Below the pieces are notes generated by a model. It made no database searches. It was given only the letters and a program-made list of their open reading frames with translations, and was not told where the DNA came from. 64,000 nucleotides of DNA from assembly GCA_964016885.1 (NCBI GenBank), contig OZ024740.1, positions 388,678,001 through 388,742,000 on the forward strand. Reading direction: 5' to 3'. The translations under genes were made by a program, and so were the position numbers. This DNA is from Eledone cirrhosa (lineage: Eukaryota). Below, piece after piece: positions 42,107 to 56,400 of the stretch (position 1 is the stretch's first letter; each line of letters opens with the position of its first letter).

Positions 42107-43218
42107 ACACGAAAGCATCAAAAGATCATACTCCATTACAAAAGATGCACAAAGATACAGTAATTGACTACAAATTTCAGAATTCTCATTTACTGATGAA
42201 ATGGAAAACACAGAAAAAGCAAAGCAGGTAAAAGTAACTGCAAAGAAAGAACTGCAAAGAAACTGGCTAAGAAATGGCAAGAAAAGCCTCTGTATGGAAA
42301 ATACCCAGAAAGAGCTAACAATCCTGATGCTGACAAAACTTTAACCCATCAATGGTTGGCATCCTCTGGACTGAAATCGGAGACTGAAGGACTTATTATA
42401 TCAGCACAAGATCAGTGTCTGCCAACAAAAAATTACCAAGCCAACATAATAAAAAATGGATGCAGCCCATTATGCCGTGTATGTAAAAAACAACCAGAGA
42501 CCATTGATCATATAATTTCAATGTGCAGTCCTATAGCTCCAATCGAATACCTAAACAGGCATGACAGAGCTGCAAAATACATACATTGGATAATGTGTAA
42601 GCATTTTGACTTGCCCCATCAAAAGAATTGGTGGGAGCATCAACCACCTCCCATACTTGAAAAAGATCACATCTCAATCTTGTGGAACTTTAGCATCCAA
42701 ACAGACCGAAAAATAGATGCAAATAAACCTGATATAATACTGAAGGACTTTAAAAAGAGGGTATGCCTGCTAATTGATATGTCCGTTCCAATAGACAAGA
42801 ATATATCTATAAAAACATTTGAAAGATTGAGCAAGTATAAGGACCTGGAGATAAAAATTGGAAAAATGTGGAAATTGAGAACTAAAACAATACCACTGGT
42901 TGTAGGCGCTCTAGGAATGATACCTAAGGGATCTAATGATTACTTATCGCATATCCAAGGAAACCTGCGTATAGAAATACAAAAGATAGTACTAATGGGA
43001 ACTGCCCATATACTAAGGAAGATTCTGTAAATATAAGTACATCACAAGTCTAAACACCTAAAGATGCATGTGTGTGTATGTATGTTCTTTCTTGAACATG
43101 GCGGACCTTGTTGTCTCTTGAGGTCACTGGTTGTGACTTGGTGATAACTCGTATGAACATAAAGGAAGATAAATGCAGCTGTAATAATAATAAAAATAAT
43201 AATAATAATAAAAATAAT
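42107..43218 (+). mobile_element. R4/Dong LINE family A, 3' fragment
   Basis: Nearly identical to 35226-36330. ORF at 42356-43030. (TAA)n tail. Confidence 0.95.
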
Positions 43219-46200
43219 GTTTTCTTTATTAACCACAAGGGTTTACATAAAGTAGACATTAAGGACAGTACAGGACAATACAGGACGGTACAAATGGGCA
43301 TTTCTGCGTGTAAAAAACAGAGGATGTAATAAAATAACAAAGAAAAATTCGCCAATAGGAGGGAGACTTCCGAGGGACATTTGTGGAGAAAGCCCATTAA
43401 AATACCACAGTGACCCTAACCACCAGGGCAAGTGCCCTCTCCCAGTTTTCCACCTTTAATTTACAGACACATACTCAGAGAAGGCCCATTTATTCGGGCC
43501 ATACTTGCTTCTCTCACCCATCTTTCAACAAAATGCTGGGAAGAGAGCACTTTCCTCTCTACTCTGATTTTCCTTTTCAAATGAAATTTGAAAAAGTTAA
43601 TCAGGGCATCACCGAAGAGGTAAGTGCTCGTCTTCAGCCCTTTCAAACATGTCCACCATACTATCTCTTTCGCCATGGCCACCAGACAGATAAAAACTGC
43701 CTGCCCTTCCCGGCTAAAGGAAGAGGACGGGGCAAACCACACAATGGACTCAGCTGATAGCTGGATCCGTCCTATACGTGACAGCAGGTGTTCGACATAA
43801 ACCCACAAGTCAGCAATGCTCGGACACTGGACGAGTGCGTGCAGGACGGTTTCGTCGCCCTGTGCGCATCTCGGACATGCCCGGCTGACGCCACCTCCAT
43901 GCCTGTAGAGTTTATCCCGTACTGGCAAAGCACCCCTGTAGCACTGCCAGGCCAGGGATTTCTGGAAGTTGTCCATAGGCCCCGGCCCGAAAGTCCTTCC
44001 GAAGAGATTGGCTAGTTGATTTTCGTCGACGCCTAGAGTTTCTCCAAGTACGTCGTCGCTCTTACCCTCCACTAATCCCCTATAGAACGCCAAGGTGGAG
44101 TTTCCACCGATCACATTGCCCGATTGGTCGAGGGCTGTGAGCGCCTGAAGACATTCCAGTCTCCAAGCGCTCCCTCTCTGTCTTCGCTTGACCCAGGACT
44201 GCAGCTCCGTCAAGGAGACGAGCTGGGGAAAAACGTGTCTAGCAAACGGCGACCACACATGATCACCGTCGAGGAAGAGGTGGAGATGTCGTAGCCTGAG
44301 CGCGTGTCAGCGCATCATCAGCCACGGCATTCCCAGCCCTCCACGTAGCGGGTGTTGACAGCAGATGGACCGCCTGACCATCGGAGCGCGTCCCTTCCAC
44401 AAGAAGCGAAAGAGCAAACGCTCCAGCGCAGTCAGGCGGGGCTTAGGACAAGGTACGACGGTCAGGCGGTAGTAGATGACGGACGCGATGTACGCGTTAG
44501 CCACCTCCACTCGACCTTTCAGGGATAGCTTCCTCTCGGCCCATTTCTGGGTGAGAGAAGCCACCCTGCTCGTCACCTCGTCCCAGTTTTTGTCCGTCTG
44601 GAGGTCTGGACCGAACCAGACCCCTAGCAATTTAACCGGTCCGTCCGTCCAGCGCCCGACGACGCTGTTGGACGGCATGGACCTGCCTCTCCAGGTGCCG
44701 AGCTGCAGGCCCACTGACTTTTCCTGGTTGATCATTGCTCCTGCCACCGCTTCGTATTCTCTTAGTGTAGTGCCGATCGCCTCGATGTGTTTGGCGTTCG
44801 ACACCACTTCGGTGACATCGTCGGCATATGCTGACACGGATCTTCCGCATCCTAGTTCGCGCGGGACCCCCCTCAACGTCTCCAGTTTGTGAAGTAATGG
44901 CTCGAGGGTCAATATGTACAATAGGGACGAGAGGGGACATCCTTGGTGGACCGAGCGCATGATGTTGAACGGTTCCGAAAGGTGACCGTTCACTCTCACT
45001 ACAGAGCAGATGTCGCTGTGCATGGCAGCGATCCAGCCTCTGAAGACGGGCCCAAAGCCAGCCGCCCTCAGGACTGCCGCTTGGTAACGATGGTCGACCC
45101 TATCAAAGGCTTTCGACTGATCTAAATTGATCAAAGACCCACCCGTGCCAGGTTCCCTAGCTACCCTCTCTACGATGTATCGCATGAGATGGAGGTTGTC
45201 GTGGATGGATCTGTCGAGAATGGCGCATGTCTGTACCTCTCCCACCAGACCACCAACGACAAGCGCCAACCTCTTTGTTAGCACCTTGGCCAAAATCTTG
45301 AACTCTGTGTTTAGCAGAGTTATGGGCCTAAAATTATCTATGTTATCCCCCTTGTTCGGATCCTTTCTCAGCAGCGCCACCGCTCCTCGGCTCACAGAGC
45401 TGGGAATTCTCCCGTTCTGTTGCCAGTTGCCAAGAGGCCTCCGAACAAGTCTGGCATTTGTACGTAAAGTTCATAGGGCAGACCATCTAAACCAGGCGAT
45501 TTACCCCTTGTGCAGCCAGTCATTGCCTCCCGTACTTCAGCGGTTGTTATCGGCTTTTCGCAACACTCCGCCTCAGTGGCCGAAAGCCGCGGCAGTCCGT
45601 CGAGGTAGACACTAAAGTCCATCCCTCGATCCGGCCCGCCACTGCCCCCGAACAGTTGAGCGAAGTGTCGCTGAAAAGCTTCACACATTTGCCTGGAATC
45701 GAGTAGCATGCGCCCGTCGTGGTCCACCAAAGACCGGATCGTGGCTTTATTGCCACGACGCGCCTCCGCCACTCGGGTCCATTGAACGGCTTTCGTCCCC
45801 TCGTGTATGAGAGCACGCACCCTAGCTCTGACAACGCAGCCTTCGTGCTTTGCATTGAAGAATTGGTCAAGGGCCAATTTCGCCGCAAGTACGTCGGTCG
45901 CGATGCCTTTGCTAAGCGCCTCGTCTAATTTTCTAACTAATTCTCCCTCTGCTCTATTTTTCTCTATTGCTAAAGCCTTACTAAACCTAATGGACTCTAT
46001 TCTAATTGCTCTTTTCAGAGCAAACCACCACTTGTTGTTGACGATGGCCCCCGTCAACGCCCGCCTAACTAGTTCGCTAATCCGGTCTCTGTAGGCCTTG
46101 CGCGCTGGTAAGGATGCGTTTAGCTTCCAGTAGCCGGGTCCTCGTCTATGAAGCCTATCTAAGTCAAGCACACAGATCACGAATTTGTGGTCCGTGTAGC

Positions 46201-49200
46201 TGACTATCTTGAATTGTGGACAGCCTATGCTAGACCTATCTATTTCCCTACAAAACACTCTATCTAGATATGATCTGGATGACCCTATGCGATTTGTTCA
46301 AGTCCACATTGGTACATTCGGAAAATCCAATCGGTACCTGTCAGGCAGTTCAAAACGCCTGAGCAGGTTGGTGAGACTCTTGCAGCCTTCTTCCCTATCC
46401 ACTAATCCCACACAATCCCAGCGTGCATCTAAGATCCCGTTCCAGTCGCCCACTAACATTAAAGAGCGGGACGTTCCAAGAAAGGTCTCCAGACGCCGGA
46501 AGAAATCAGGCCGCCCTGCTCCTGTCGGGCCATAGACGGCCACTAACCTGAAAGCTTGCCCGTCTCCGCTGGTCACGTCCAGCATCACCAACTTACCTTC
46601 TGGGTCCAGGAAGATGGCCCGTGTGGCAAGATCCAAACCTCTCCGAAAAAGCACAGCAACTCCCCCCGATCCCGGACGGCTGGGAGATGCGTACACATGG
46701 TAGCCGCCGAAGATCGGTGCGAAGGCCCGTGCTTCGGAGATTCTGGTCTCGCTGATGGCCACTACATCTATGTTTAGTGACCTGAGGTCGTTGAGCAGGT
46801 GGCCCTGCTTCCATGACGACCCCAACCCAAGCGCATTTATGCTGCCTATTCTGAGTGAGGTCATGTTGAAAAGGAGTGGAAAGATGGAAAGACCACTTAC
46901 CTTACTTCTCGTAGAGGAAGGACGGTTTCTCAATCCTTTTCACTGCTTGTGGCCTCCTCAGGAAGGATGTCCTTATAAATCCTCCTGGATAGTGCTTGTC
47001 GGAAGTCTCCGATGTCTTTGGGGAATTTTTGTTTTAGTGTCATGTACGTTTTCTGTGTGATGCGAGTGATTTGTATGTGTGGAGGTGGCGTGAATTTTTG
47101 GGTTGTTGTGTAGTCTTTTTCTGTGATGCTGGTGTTGTGTTGGATGTAGTGTAATAATTGCTTGTTGTTCAAATTTAATTGTTTCTACTTTAGGCACAAG
47201 GCCAGCAATTACCCAGTGCATTACTGGTACTTTATTTTATCGACCCCGTAAGGATGAAAGGCAAAGTCAACCTCGGCGGGATTTGAACTCAGATCGTAAA
47301 GGGACGTAACTATGCTGGAAAGCATGGCGTCCGACCCTCTACCGATACTGCCAATCCACCTTGTTGTTCAAATTTAATGCTGTGTAGTGTGTATCGTTTT
47401 GGTTGTTTTGTTTTGTTTGCGTTTGTTGTGGGTTTGTTTCTGTTTCGCATTTTGGTGACTTTTGTAGTGTAGGTGATGGTGCTGTTGGGGTTAGCGATGG
47501 TGATGGTGTTGGTGTTTGGGTTGATGGGGTTGGTGATGCTGGTGTGGATGGTGGCATATCTGTCCTAACTTTTTTGTTTGTTAATTTATTTGTTTCCCTC
47601 TGTATTTTGTTTTTGGAGGGGGAGGGAAGAGAATTTTTTTCTTTTTTGGTTTCTTTTTTTTTCCTGATACCGTTTCCCACTCCTCGTCGTCACAATCTGT
47701 CTCCAGTTGTGATAGGCCGGGGAGTGGAAAATCCTCCACGGGCGTTAGTTTTGGTTGTGGCGTGGTGGATGGTGTAGGCGCTGGTGCTAGTTCTGAAGCG
47801 TTGGGTGGTGGTGGTGTTGGTTTTGCTGGTGGTGGTGGTGTTGGTTTTGCTACTGTTGCTGGGTTGTTGCTGTTATAGTTGCTTCTGTTGTTGCTGCTAC
47901 AGTTGTTGCTGCCATCTCTGTTACTGGTGGTGTTGATGGTTGAGTCACTGGGGTGGGTAGGAGAGGTGGCCTCAACCTTTTAGCCTGAGGGCAGAAAGCC
48001 CTTAGGTAGGTTCCATCACCACAAATGACACACCTAGGCCTTCTGCCCTCGACAATTACGGTGAGGTGGCTGCCGTCAGTGAGGTCTATTACCTCTGGGA
48101 TCTCCTCAATGATTTTTTGGTCCGCTTGGATCAGGAGCTCCATCCCAGATCCGGACCAGTTCTCCTGCTTTTCTTTTGCTATTGCTATTATCTTTGTGTT
48201 GGCTTCGATACCGACGAGGACGGCCGCTATTAGCCAGGGAATTTTGATGGCCGGTGGAACGTGGGTCACCCTGATATTTACGAGTCTCTGGCCACAATAG
48301 CTTGGGACGAGTGTGAATTCGTCACTTCTTAATGGGGCCATGGGGTGTTCTCTAGCCTCCTCTGGTGTTTCAAAGAACACGTCCACGGTTCCATACTTCT
48401 GCCCACGTCTGATGTGGGTTTTTCTTGCCCACACATGTCCCAAAGCTTTTTGGATTTGGGACTCGGATGCCCGTTCCACTCGGCGCGATTTTACATTTAT
48501 TGTTCGATACGACACGGTGCATAGGCGCCGATGCTCCATTTTATTAGGTGGGGGGGGGGGTAAGGCTGGCCCTGTATCCATCTTTCTTTACCATTTGTTT
48601 GGCATTTTCTAATTCCTCCTGAGTTACCGTAAATGCTTTGCACTGTTTTGCTACTCTGGCAAAACTCAGGGTGGTTTTTTTAATGTCATTGTTGTTGTTG
48701 TTGCTATCGTTATTTTTGTTATTATTAATTTTAGTTTCAGTTGTGGTGATGGTGACGTCAGTGAAGTTCGGTTTGGGAGAGTCCATTTTGGTTGAAAATA
48801 TTTCGACATCACGAGTTGATTTATTTTTTCCTTTTGTTTCTGTTGTCGCGGTGGTGGTGGGGGTGGTGGTTGTCGCGGTGGTGGTTGTGGTGGCGGCTTT
48901 AACACCTGCAGTCATTGGTAATGGCGGGAAATGAATGTCTGCCTGAGACAAATTTAAAGTATTGCTAGTGCTTAAATTGTTTGTGATGGCAAACGTAGTA
49001 TCATTTACAATGGTGGTGTCGGTGTGAGGTGTTAATTTGTGAGAAAGGCTTTCAGCTGCTTGGTGCAGAGGTGAATTAGCCATTTTTTTTTTAAAGAAAT
49101 TTTTTGATAATCATAAAAGTTTAAATTTTGGGCACAAGGCCCCAATCCTTTTGGGTGTCCTTTTCGGAAAACAATGTATGTGCGCGTATATATAGTTAAC

Positions 49201-49293
49201 AATAAAAATTTTCCATAAATGGCAATTTTTAACAAACGGAAATAACAAACCTTTGCGGAGCTCACGATGATACGATTTACTACGTAAGTCGCC
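43219..49293 (-). mobile_element. Tx1/L1-clade LINE copy A, full length, decayed
   Basis: ORF1 from about 49083 with a degenerate knuckle CVICGDGTYLRAFC. ORF2 46864-43461: APE (GDWN, TDH), RT (NFRPITLLN, QGCPLS, YADD), CPRC..ETVLH..C. AATAAA followed by (TTA)n. Confidence 0.93.
47180..47359 (-). mobile_element. SINE family A inserted in Tx1-A ORF1
   Basis: 18-19-bp TSD (C)TTGTTGTTCAAATTTAAT at 47161-47179 and 47360-47378. Confidence 0.95.
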
Positions 49294-49336
<43 letters not shown>

Positions 49337-49687
49337 TTATACTTTGGGAGGGTCATGTTGCCAATAATAATAATAATAATAATTGTTTCTACTTTTGGCA
49401 CAAGGCCAGCAATTATCCCAGTGTATTACTGGTACTTTATTTTATCGATTCATAAACCTATTGCAATCTAAATAACGGCTGAAACGTAAATGAATTATTA
49501 AATGAAATATCTACATAAATAAATATTAGTTTAAATATATAGCTAGAGCAATATCTAAATAAAAGTTATTGAAATATTGCCTTATGTGTAACTGAACTCA
49601 CCGGGAACTCTGCACCTACTACGTATGTACCTCGTGGAAGTGCTTGAAGCCAAGGGCTCTAACTCTTCCTGCTTACATTTTTAGCAG

Positions 49688-52600
49688 TAGACTGATCCAA
49701 GTTGATCAGGGCCCCACCGAAGCCGGGTTTACACCCTACGCTCTCTATGATGTATCGCATGAGGTGGAGGTTGTCGTGTATGTACCTGGTCGGGATTGCG
49801 CATGTCTGCGTTTCTCCCACCAGGTTCTCGACGACAAGCGCCAGCCTCTTTGCCAACACCTTGGCCAAAATCTGTAACTCTGTGTTTAGCAGAGTTATGG
49901 GCCGGAAGTTGCCTATGTCATCCCCCTTATTCTCGTCCTTCCTGACTGATGAGACTACGCCCTTGGTCACAGAACTGGAAATTCTCCCGTTCTGCTGCCA
50001 GTTGCAGTAGACCGCTTCCAGGAGACGGAGAATAAGTCCGGCATTGCTACGTAAAATTCGTAGGTTAGACCGTCGAGACCTGGAGTTTTGCGTTTGCCGC
50101 ATTGGCTAAGAGCGTCCCCTATCTCAGCGGCCGAAATCGGCCTTTCGCAGAACTTCGCCTCGCTTCCGAGAGTCGCGGTAGGCCGTCGAGGTATGGACTG
50201 AAATCCATAGCGCCTCCCATCGCGCCGCCCTGCCCGAACAGTTGAGCAAAATGCCGCTGAAAGGCCGCGCACATCTGCTTCGGCTCACGTATCACGCGTC
50301 CGTCTTGGTCCTTCAAAGACCGAATCGTGGACTTGTTGCAGCTTTTCGCCTCTGTCACTCGGGCCCAGCTAAAAGCTTTGGCTCCCTCGTTTCCCAGAGC
50401 ACGTATTTTGCTCCTGACAACGCAGCCTTCGTGCTTTTCGTCGAAGAACTGGTCCAAGGCCGTTCTCGTTGCTAGCACGCTGGCTACGTTGCCACTCCTA
50501 AGTGCCTCTTCTACTTTATCTACCAGTTCCTTTTCGGTCTTATTTCTATCTAACACTAATTCTTTACTAAATCTTATCGAGTCTAATCTGACTGCCTTCT
50601 TGAGAGAGTACCATCATCTGTTGTTGACAATGGCCCCCGCCAAGTGCTGCTTAACTAAAGTGCTAATCCGTCTACTGTAGGCTTTGCATGTCGGTAACGA
50701 CAAGTTCAGCTTCCAGTAGCCGGGTCCCTGTCTATGAGTTCTATCAAGGTTGCCTAAGCAGGTCACCAGTTTGTGATCTGAATAGGCAACCATGAACATT
50801 TGTGGACCGCTTAACATGTCCCTATCACTAACTCTAACTAGAAACCTATCTAGGTACGATCTAGATGTTCCGCTACGATTACTCCACGTCCACAGTGGCC
50901 CAGCTGGAAAATCTAGTCGATATCTATCGGCCAGTTGAAATCGGCCGATTAACTGTTTGAGGCTGTTACACCCCTCTCTATCTGGACATGCTCCCACATA
51001 GTCCCAACGTGCATCTAGGATTCCATTCCAGTCCCCCACTAACAGCAGGGAGTGGGACGTTCCTAGAAAAGTCTCTAGACGTTTGAAGAAGTCTGGCTGC
51101 GGTGTCCCGGATGGGGCATATGCGACCACCAGCCTGAAGGCTCCACCTGCCATACCGTCAACGTCTCGGACCACCAGTCGACCCTCCGGGTCCAGATGTA
51201 CCGTCTGTGTTACGAGGTCCAGGTGTTTCCGCAGCAAAACGGCAACCCCGTCCCCACCCCCCGGCTGACAGAGAGATGCGTAGATCTCAAAGTCGTCGAA
51301 GATGGGGGCCTGTTGTTGCTCGCTGTGGATCCTGGACTCGCAAATGGCTACTACATCCATACTGTGCGACCTGAGGTCGTTTAAGTGTTTGCCCTCTTTC
51401 CAGGGCATCCCCAGGCCGCGTACATTCAACATCCAACTCTTATATTGGCCATGTTGGTGCTGAAAAGTTAAAAGAAGAGGAAAAGAAATCACTCACCTCT
51501 TCGTCTCCTGGGGACCAGGCTGCATGATTTTCATGGGGGTGTGGAGGGGGTTTTGGTGGGTTGGTGGTTTGGGGTGTGGCGGGGACATCAGTGTTTGGTG
51601 GGGAGAGGGTGTCTTGTAGGGTGGGGGTGGCTGGGGTGGGGGTGGGGAAACATTTTAACAGGACTAGATTGTAGGGTTTGACGCAGGGGTTACCTACTTT
51701 GTTAGGAAATTTTCCTTTTAACTGTTTATGTGTGTCCATGGAGATCCTAATCATTTTAAGATTAGGATTCTCCGAAGAGTGTGTAAAAGGGTTTTTATAT
51801 ATGGTGTCTGTTAAAGTTTTATTGTTAGTATTTATGTAGGTGTAACATATTTGTTGTGTTGCTTTTTGTCTGTGGTTCTTGTGTGTGTTTACGTTTTGTA
51901 GTAGGTGTTTTGTTTTCAGAAGCGGGTGTTTTTGTTTGTCCTGTTTGCGTCGCTTGTGTTGGTGTTTGTGTGTTTCTTGTATTTTTGTTTGTGTTATATC
52001 TTTTCTTTTTTCTTTTTACTGGTCGGAAAGGCTCTCTCATCGTCACTGGGTGACGATGATGAGGCCTCTTCTGTGTTGTTGGGGAGGAGTACATTTGGGG
52101 GAGCTGTTATGTGTGTGGGTGTTTCTGGAGTTGTTTTTAGGTGGGGAGGGTTGGGTGGGATTGTGTTTATCGTTTGTTTTGTTGTCACTATGTTTTTATG
52201 TTGTTGTTGTTGTTGTTGTTGTGGTGGTGGTGGTGGTGGTGGTGGTGGTGGTGGTGATTGTTGTGCTGTTGTTGCAGGTGTTGGCAGTAGTGCCATTTTT
52301 TTACTAGTTAGTCGAGCACAGGAAGCTCTCAGGTGATCCCTGCTTAAGAAGTGGTAACATGAGGGCCACCTCCCCTCGACCGAAATGTTTATGTATATAA
52401 GCCCATCCAGCAGCACACGTTCCGGGATCCTAGCTATTCGTTCTGGTGTCATTTGGACCAGAATTTCCAGGCTAGTTCCACTGAACAGGTCGCCGGAGGA
52501 CTTACCTACCGATATTATTGAGTCTTTTTGGAGGTTTTAAAATCCACGTAGTACCCACCAAATATCAATATTTGGAGTGATACTTTGGATTTTTATTTTC

Positions 52601-53460
52601 TGTGTTCTTTTCCCTATGTAAGTGGGGAAAAAGGTGAACAGCGATGACACAATTGGCGACACAGAATATCTCTGTGCCGTCAATTGGTCTTTCATCAGAA
52701 TGGATAAACTCCCGTAGAGTCTACCCTTCTGAATGAAAGCAATGTCTTTTACGGCATCTTTTCAAACCAACTCAATTTCACCTTGTGAAAGTTGAGTTGG
52801 TTTTAGGGTTTTGTTTGAGACTGTCCTGAAAACCACAGTTTTCAAGGCAGTTTCTCTTCGCAAATCTGGGGGAGAGTTTATGGAGAATGATCCGTCCTCC
52901 CCAAACGTTATGTACTGTCTGGCGTTATTCAAAAGCTAATTTGCATTTGAAATATCCACCGGAGTGTAGCTTACCGTTTTCTTTACGGTTTGCGCAAAGA
53001 TAATTTGTCGTTTACTTCCTTGTTGCAGTTGTTATTGTTCTTGTTGTTGGTGTTGTTTTCGTTCATAGTATTGTTGTAGTTGTTGTTTTTGCTGGTGCCG
53101 CTGGTTGTGTTGTTTTTGTTCATTGTTTCACACTTTTGGTTTTGGTTTGTTGCCATGGCAACGTCAAGTTGTAGGTCAGCAGGTGGACAAAATCCTTCCT
53201 CTGGTTGACCTTTGTCTGAGACATCTGCTACTATGACAGTGGAATGGGGAAGCTGTAAGCATATCTTCCCCTTTCCTCCTTCGAATGTTGGTGAAGAAGC
53301 TATTATTGCTTCAGTCATTTTTTTTTAAAAACGTTAGTTTTTCAAAAAGAATATTATGAACTATTTCGCCTAGAATATTTTGAGAGACTGACCAGATCAA
53401 AATTTGACATGGCAGTCTCTCTACAAGTTGGTATAAAAAAGAAGGTTCACAGTCAAGAAT
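49688..53460 (-). mobile_element. Tx1 copy C, 3'-truncated within RT
   Basis: ORF1 pieces 53318-51440. ORF2 from ATG 51452 is broken after INLDQS. Confidence 0.9.
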
Positions 53461-56400
53461 TTCTAAAAAAAAAAGTGTGCAACCCTTCTCCTCAGGAGCT
53501 CCTTTCATCTTTCATCTTCCTCACCTATAGTCTGATGTAGAGTGAAGGCCCATTCACACGGGCCATTCTCGCCCCTTCACCCATCTTTCATAAAAACGGC
53601 TGGGGTGCAGCACCTCTCTCTCCATCCTGATCCTTCTTCCGAAATGATATCGGAAGAAACGGAGCAGTTGTTGGCCAGAGACAAAGGTGTCTGACCTCAG
53701 TCCTTTCAGACGCGTCAACCATACAACCTCTTCCGCCATGGCTATTACGCACAGAAACACCGCCTCTTCTTCGTTTTTGAAGAGGGGAGGCGGCTTGATC
53801 GTTACAAAAGACTCGGTGGTCAACCGTATCGGTCCCACCCTTGACAACAGTTGGTCGACATAGCCCCACAGATCGGCAATGCCCGAGCAGTGTAACAGTG
53901 CGTGTGCAACGTTTTCCTCGTCGCACACGCATCTGGGACAGATCTTTTTCGAGGGGTCCCTACCCGGGCGCCCGTGTCTGTAGAGCCTTTCTCGAACGGG
54001 CAGAACCCCTCGGTAGCACTGCCAGGCCAGGGACCTCTGGAAGTTGTCCATGGGTCCCGGGCTGAATGTCCTACCGAACAGGTTGGCCAGTTCGTCTTCC
54101 TCCATGCCTAGGGCTTCTCCGAGGGCGTCGTCTCACTTGCTAACCGCCAGCCCTCTATAGAATGACGAGGTGGATTCTCCACTGACAGCGGGTCCGCCTG
54201 CCAGAAAGCCGTGAGCGCCTAGGCACACTCGGTGTGCCAGGCGCCCAGTTTTCTCGGTCTTTGCTTGACCCAAGATTGCAGCTCGGTGAGCGAGACGAGT
54301 CTGGGAAAGGCTCACCTCACAAACGGGGCCCACACCGGTTGACCGGTGAGGAATACCTGGAGGTGCCGTAGCCTTAATGCGTGTTTACGTATCATTAGCC
54401 ACGGCATCCCCAGCCCTCCTTTCGAAGGGTGTTGAAATCAGATGGCTCTCCTCACCATAGGAGCCCGCTTCTTCCAAAGGAATTGGAAGAGTGCGCGCTC
54501 CATTTTGGCGAGCGTTTCCCTTGGGCAAGGCACGACGGTCATACGGTAGTAGATGACGGACGCTATATAAGTGTTCGCCACCTCCGCCCGACCTTTCAGG
54601 GACAGTTTGCATTCGGCCCACTTCTGGGTCAGTGCAAACACCCTGTTCGTTACCTCACTCCAGTTCTTCTCCACCTGGAGGTCTGGTCCGAACCAGACAC
54701 CGAGAAACTTCACCGGGCCCTCCGTCCAGCGCCCGACGATGCCATCGGAGGGCATCGATCTGCCCCTCCACGTGCCGAGTTGCAGACCGATCGACTTGTC
54801 CCGGTTCAGCTTAGCCCCTGTAAACCTTTCGTACTCCTCCAGTAAAGTGCCGATCGCCCCGATTTCCGAGGCCGTCGACACCATTACTGTTACGTGATCG
54901 GCGTAGGCCGACACCGCTTTCCGCAATCCCGGTTCCAACGGGATGCCCTGCAACAACTCCAACTTCCGCAGCAGTGGCTCTAGAGTCATTACATACAGAA
55001 GGGAGGAGAGAGGGCACCCTTGTCGGATGGACCGCGCGATTTCGAACGGCTCCGAGAGGTAGCCGTTCACCTTGACCCTAGAGCAGATGCGGCTGCTGTG
55101 CATGGCAGTGATCCAGCCCCTGAAAACGGTTCCGAAGCCTGCCGCCACTAGCACCGCATCCAGGTAACCATGGTCGACCCTATCGAACGCCTTAGATTGA
55201 TCCAAGTTGATCAGGGCCCCACCAAAGCCGGGTTCGTTCCGAACCTTCTCTATGATGTATCGCAGAGGTGGAGGTTGTCGTGGATGGACCTGGACGGGAT
55301 AGCACATGTCTGCGCATCTCCCACCATGTTGCCCACGACAACCGCCAACCTCTTTGCTAGCACCTTGGCCAAAATCTGTATCTCTGTATTTAGCAGAGTT
55401 ATGGGCCTGAAATTATTTATATCGTCCCCCTTGTTCTCGTCCTTCCTCACTAGCGTGACTACACCCTTGGTCACAGCACAGGGAATTCTCCCTTCTGTTG
55501 CCAGTTGCAGTAGACCGCCTCGAGGAGATCGGGAAACAAGTCCGGCATTCGTATGGAAGACCATCGAGACCCGGGGATTTGTGTTTGCCGTATTGGCTCA
55601 GCACGTCCTCTATCTCAGCGGCTGAAATCGGCTCCTCGCAGGACTTCGCCTCCCTGTCGAGAGACGCGGCAGGCCGTTGAGGTATGGACCGAAGTTCACT
55701 TCACCAACCGGTTCTCCGCCCCTTCCGAACAATCTGGCAAAGTGCTTTTGAAAAGCCTCGCACATCTGCTTAGGCTCAAGGATCACCCCTCCATCCTGGT
55801 CTCGCAAAGACCTGATAGTGGATCTACTCCCTCTTTTGGCTTCTGTCAGGCGGGCCCAGCTAACAGCTTTGGTCCCCTCGTTTCCCAGGGCACGTATTTT
55901 GCTTCGGACGATGCAGCCTTCGTGTTTCCAGTCGAAGAACTGGCCCAGGGCCGTTCTCGACGCTAGCACTCTGGCCACGTCGCCGGTTCTAATTGCCTCT
56001 TCTACACTATCTACCAACTCCCTTTCCTTCCTATTTCTATTTGAGGCTAACTCCTTACTAAATTCTATAGAGACTACTCTAATCACTCTTTTGAGAGATC
56101 CCCACCACCTGCTGTGACGATGGCGTCCGTCATCCGCTCCTTAACTAAAGTGTTAATCCGGTCCCTGTAAGCCTTACTTACCAGTAAGGACAAGTTGAGC
56201 TTCCAGTAACCGGGTCCCTGTCTATGCGTTCTGTCAAGGTTGACCATGCAGGTCACTAACTTGTGGTCTGAATAGGCAACAATGAGCATTTTTGGACAAC
56301 TTAAAAAGTCCTTATCCTTATTTCTAACTAAGAACCTATCCAGGTACGACCTAGATGATCCGCTACGGTTTGCCCAAGTCCAGGTTGGCGCAGTCGGAAA

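Noticed and set aside
53465-53490. Shared GCT(L/F)FF peptide after the ORF2-end acceptor as a CaaX motif
   Set aside because: No stop follows in either copy without assuming T-run slippage.
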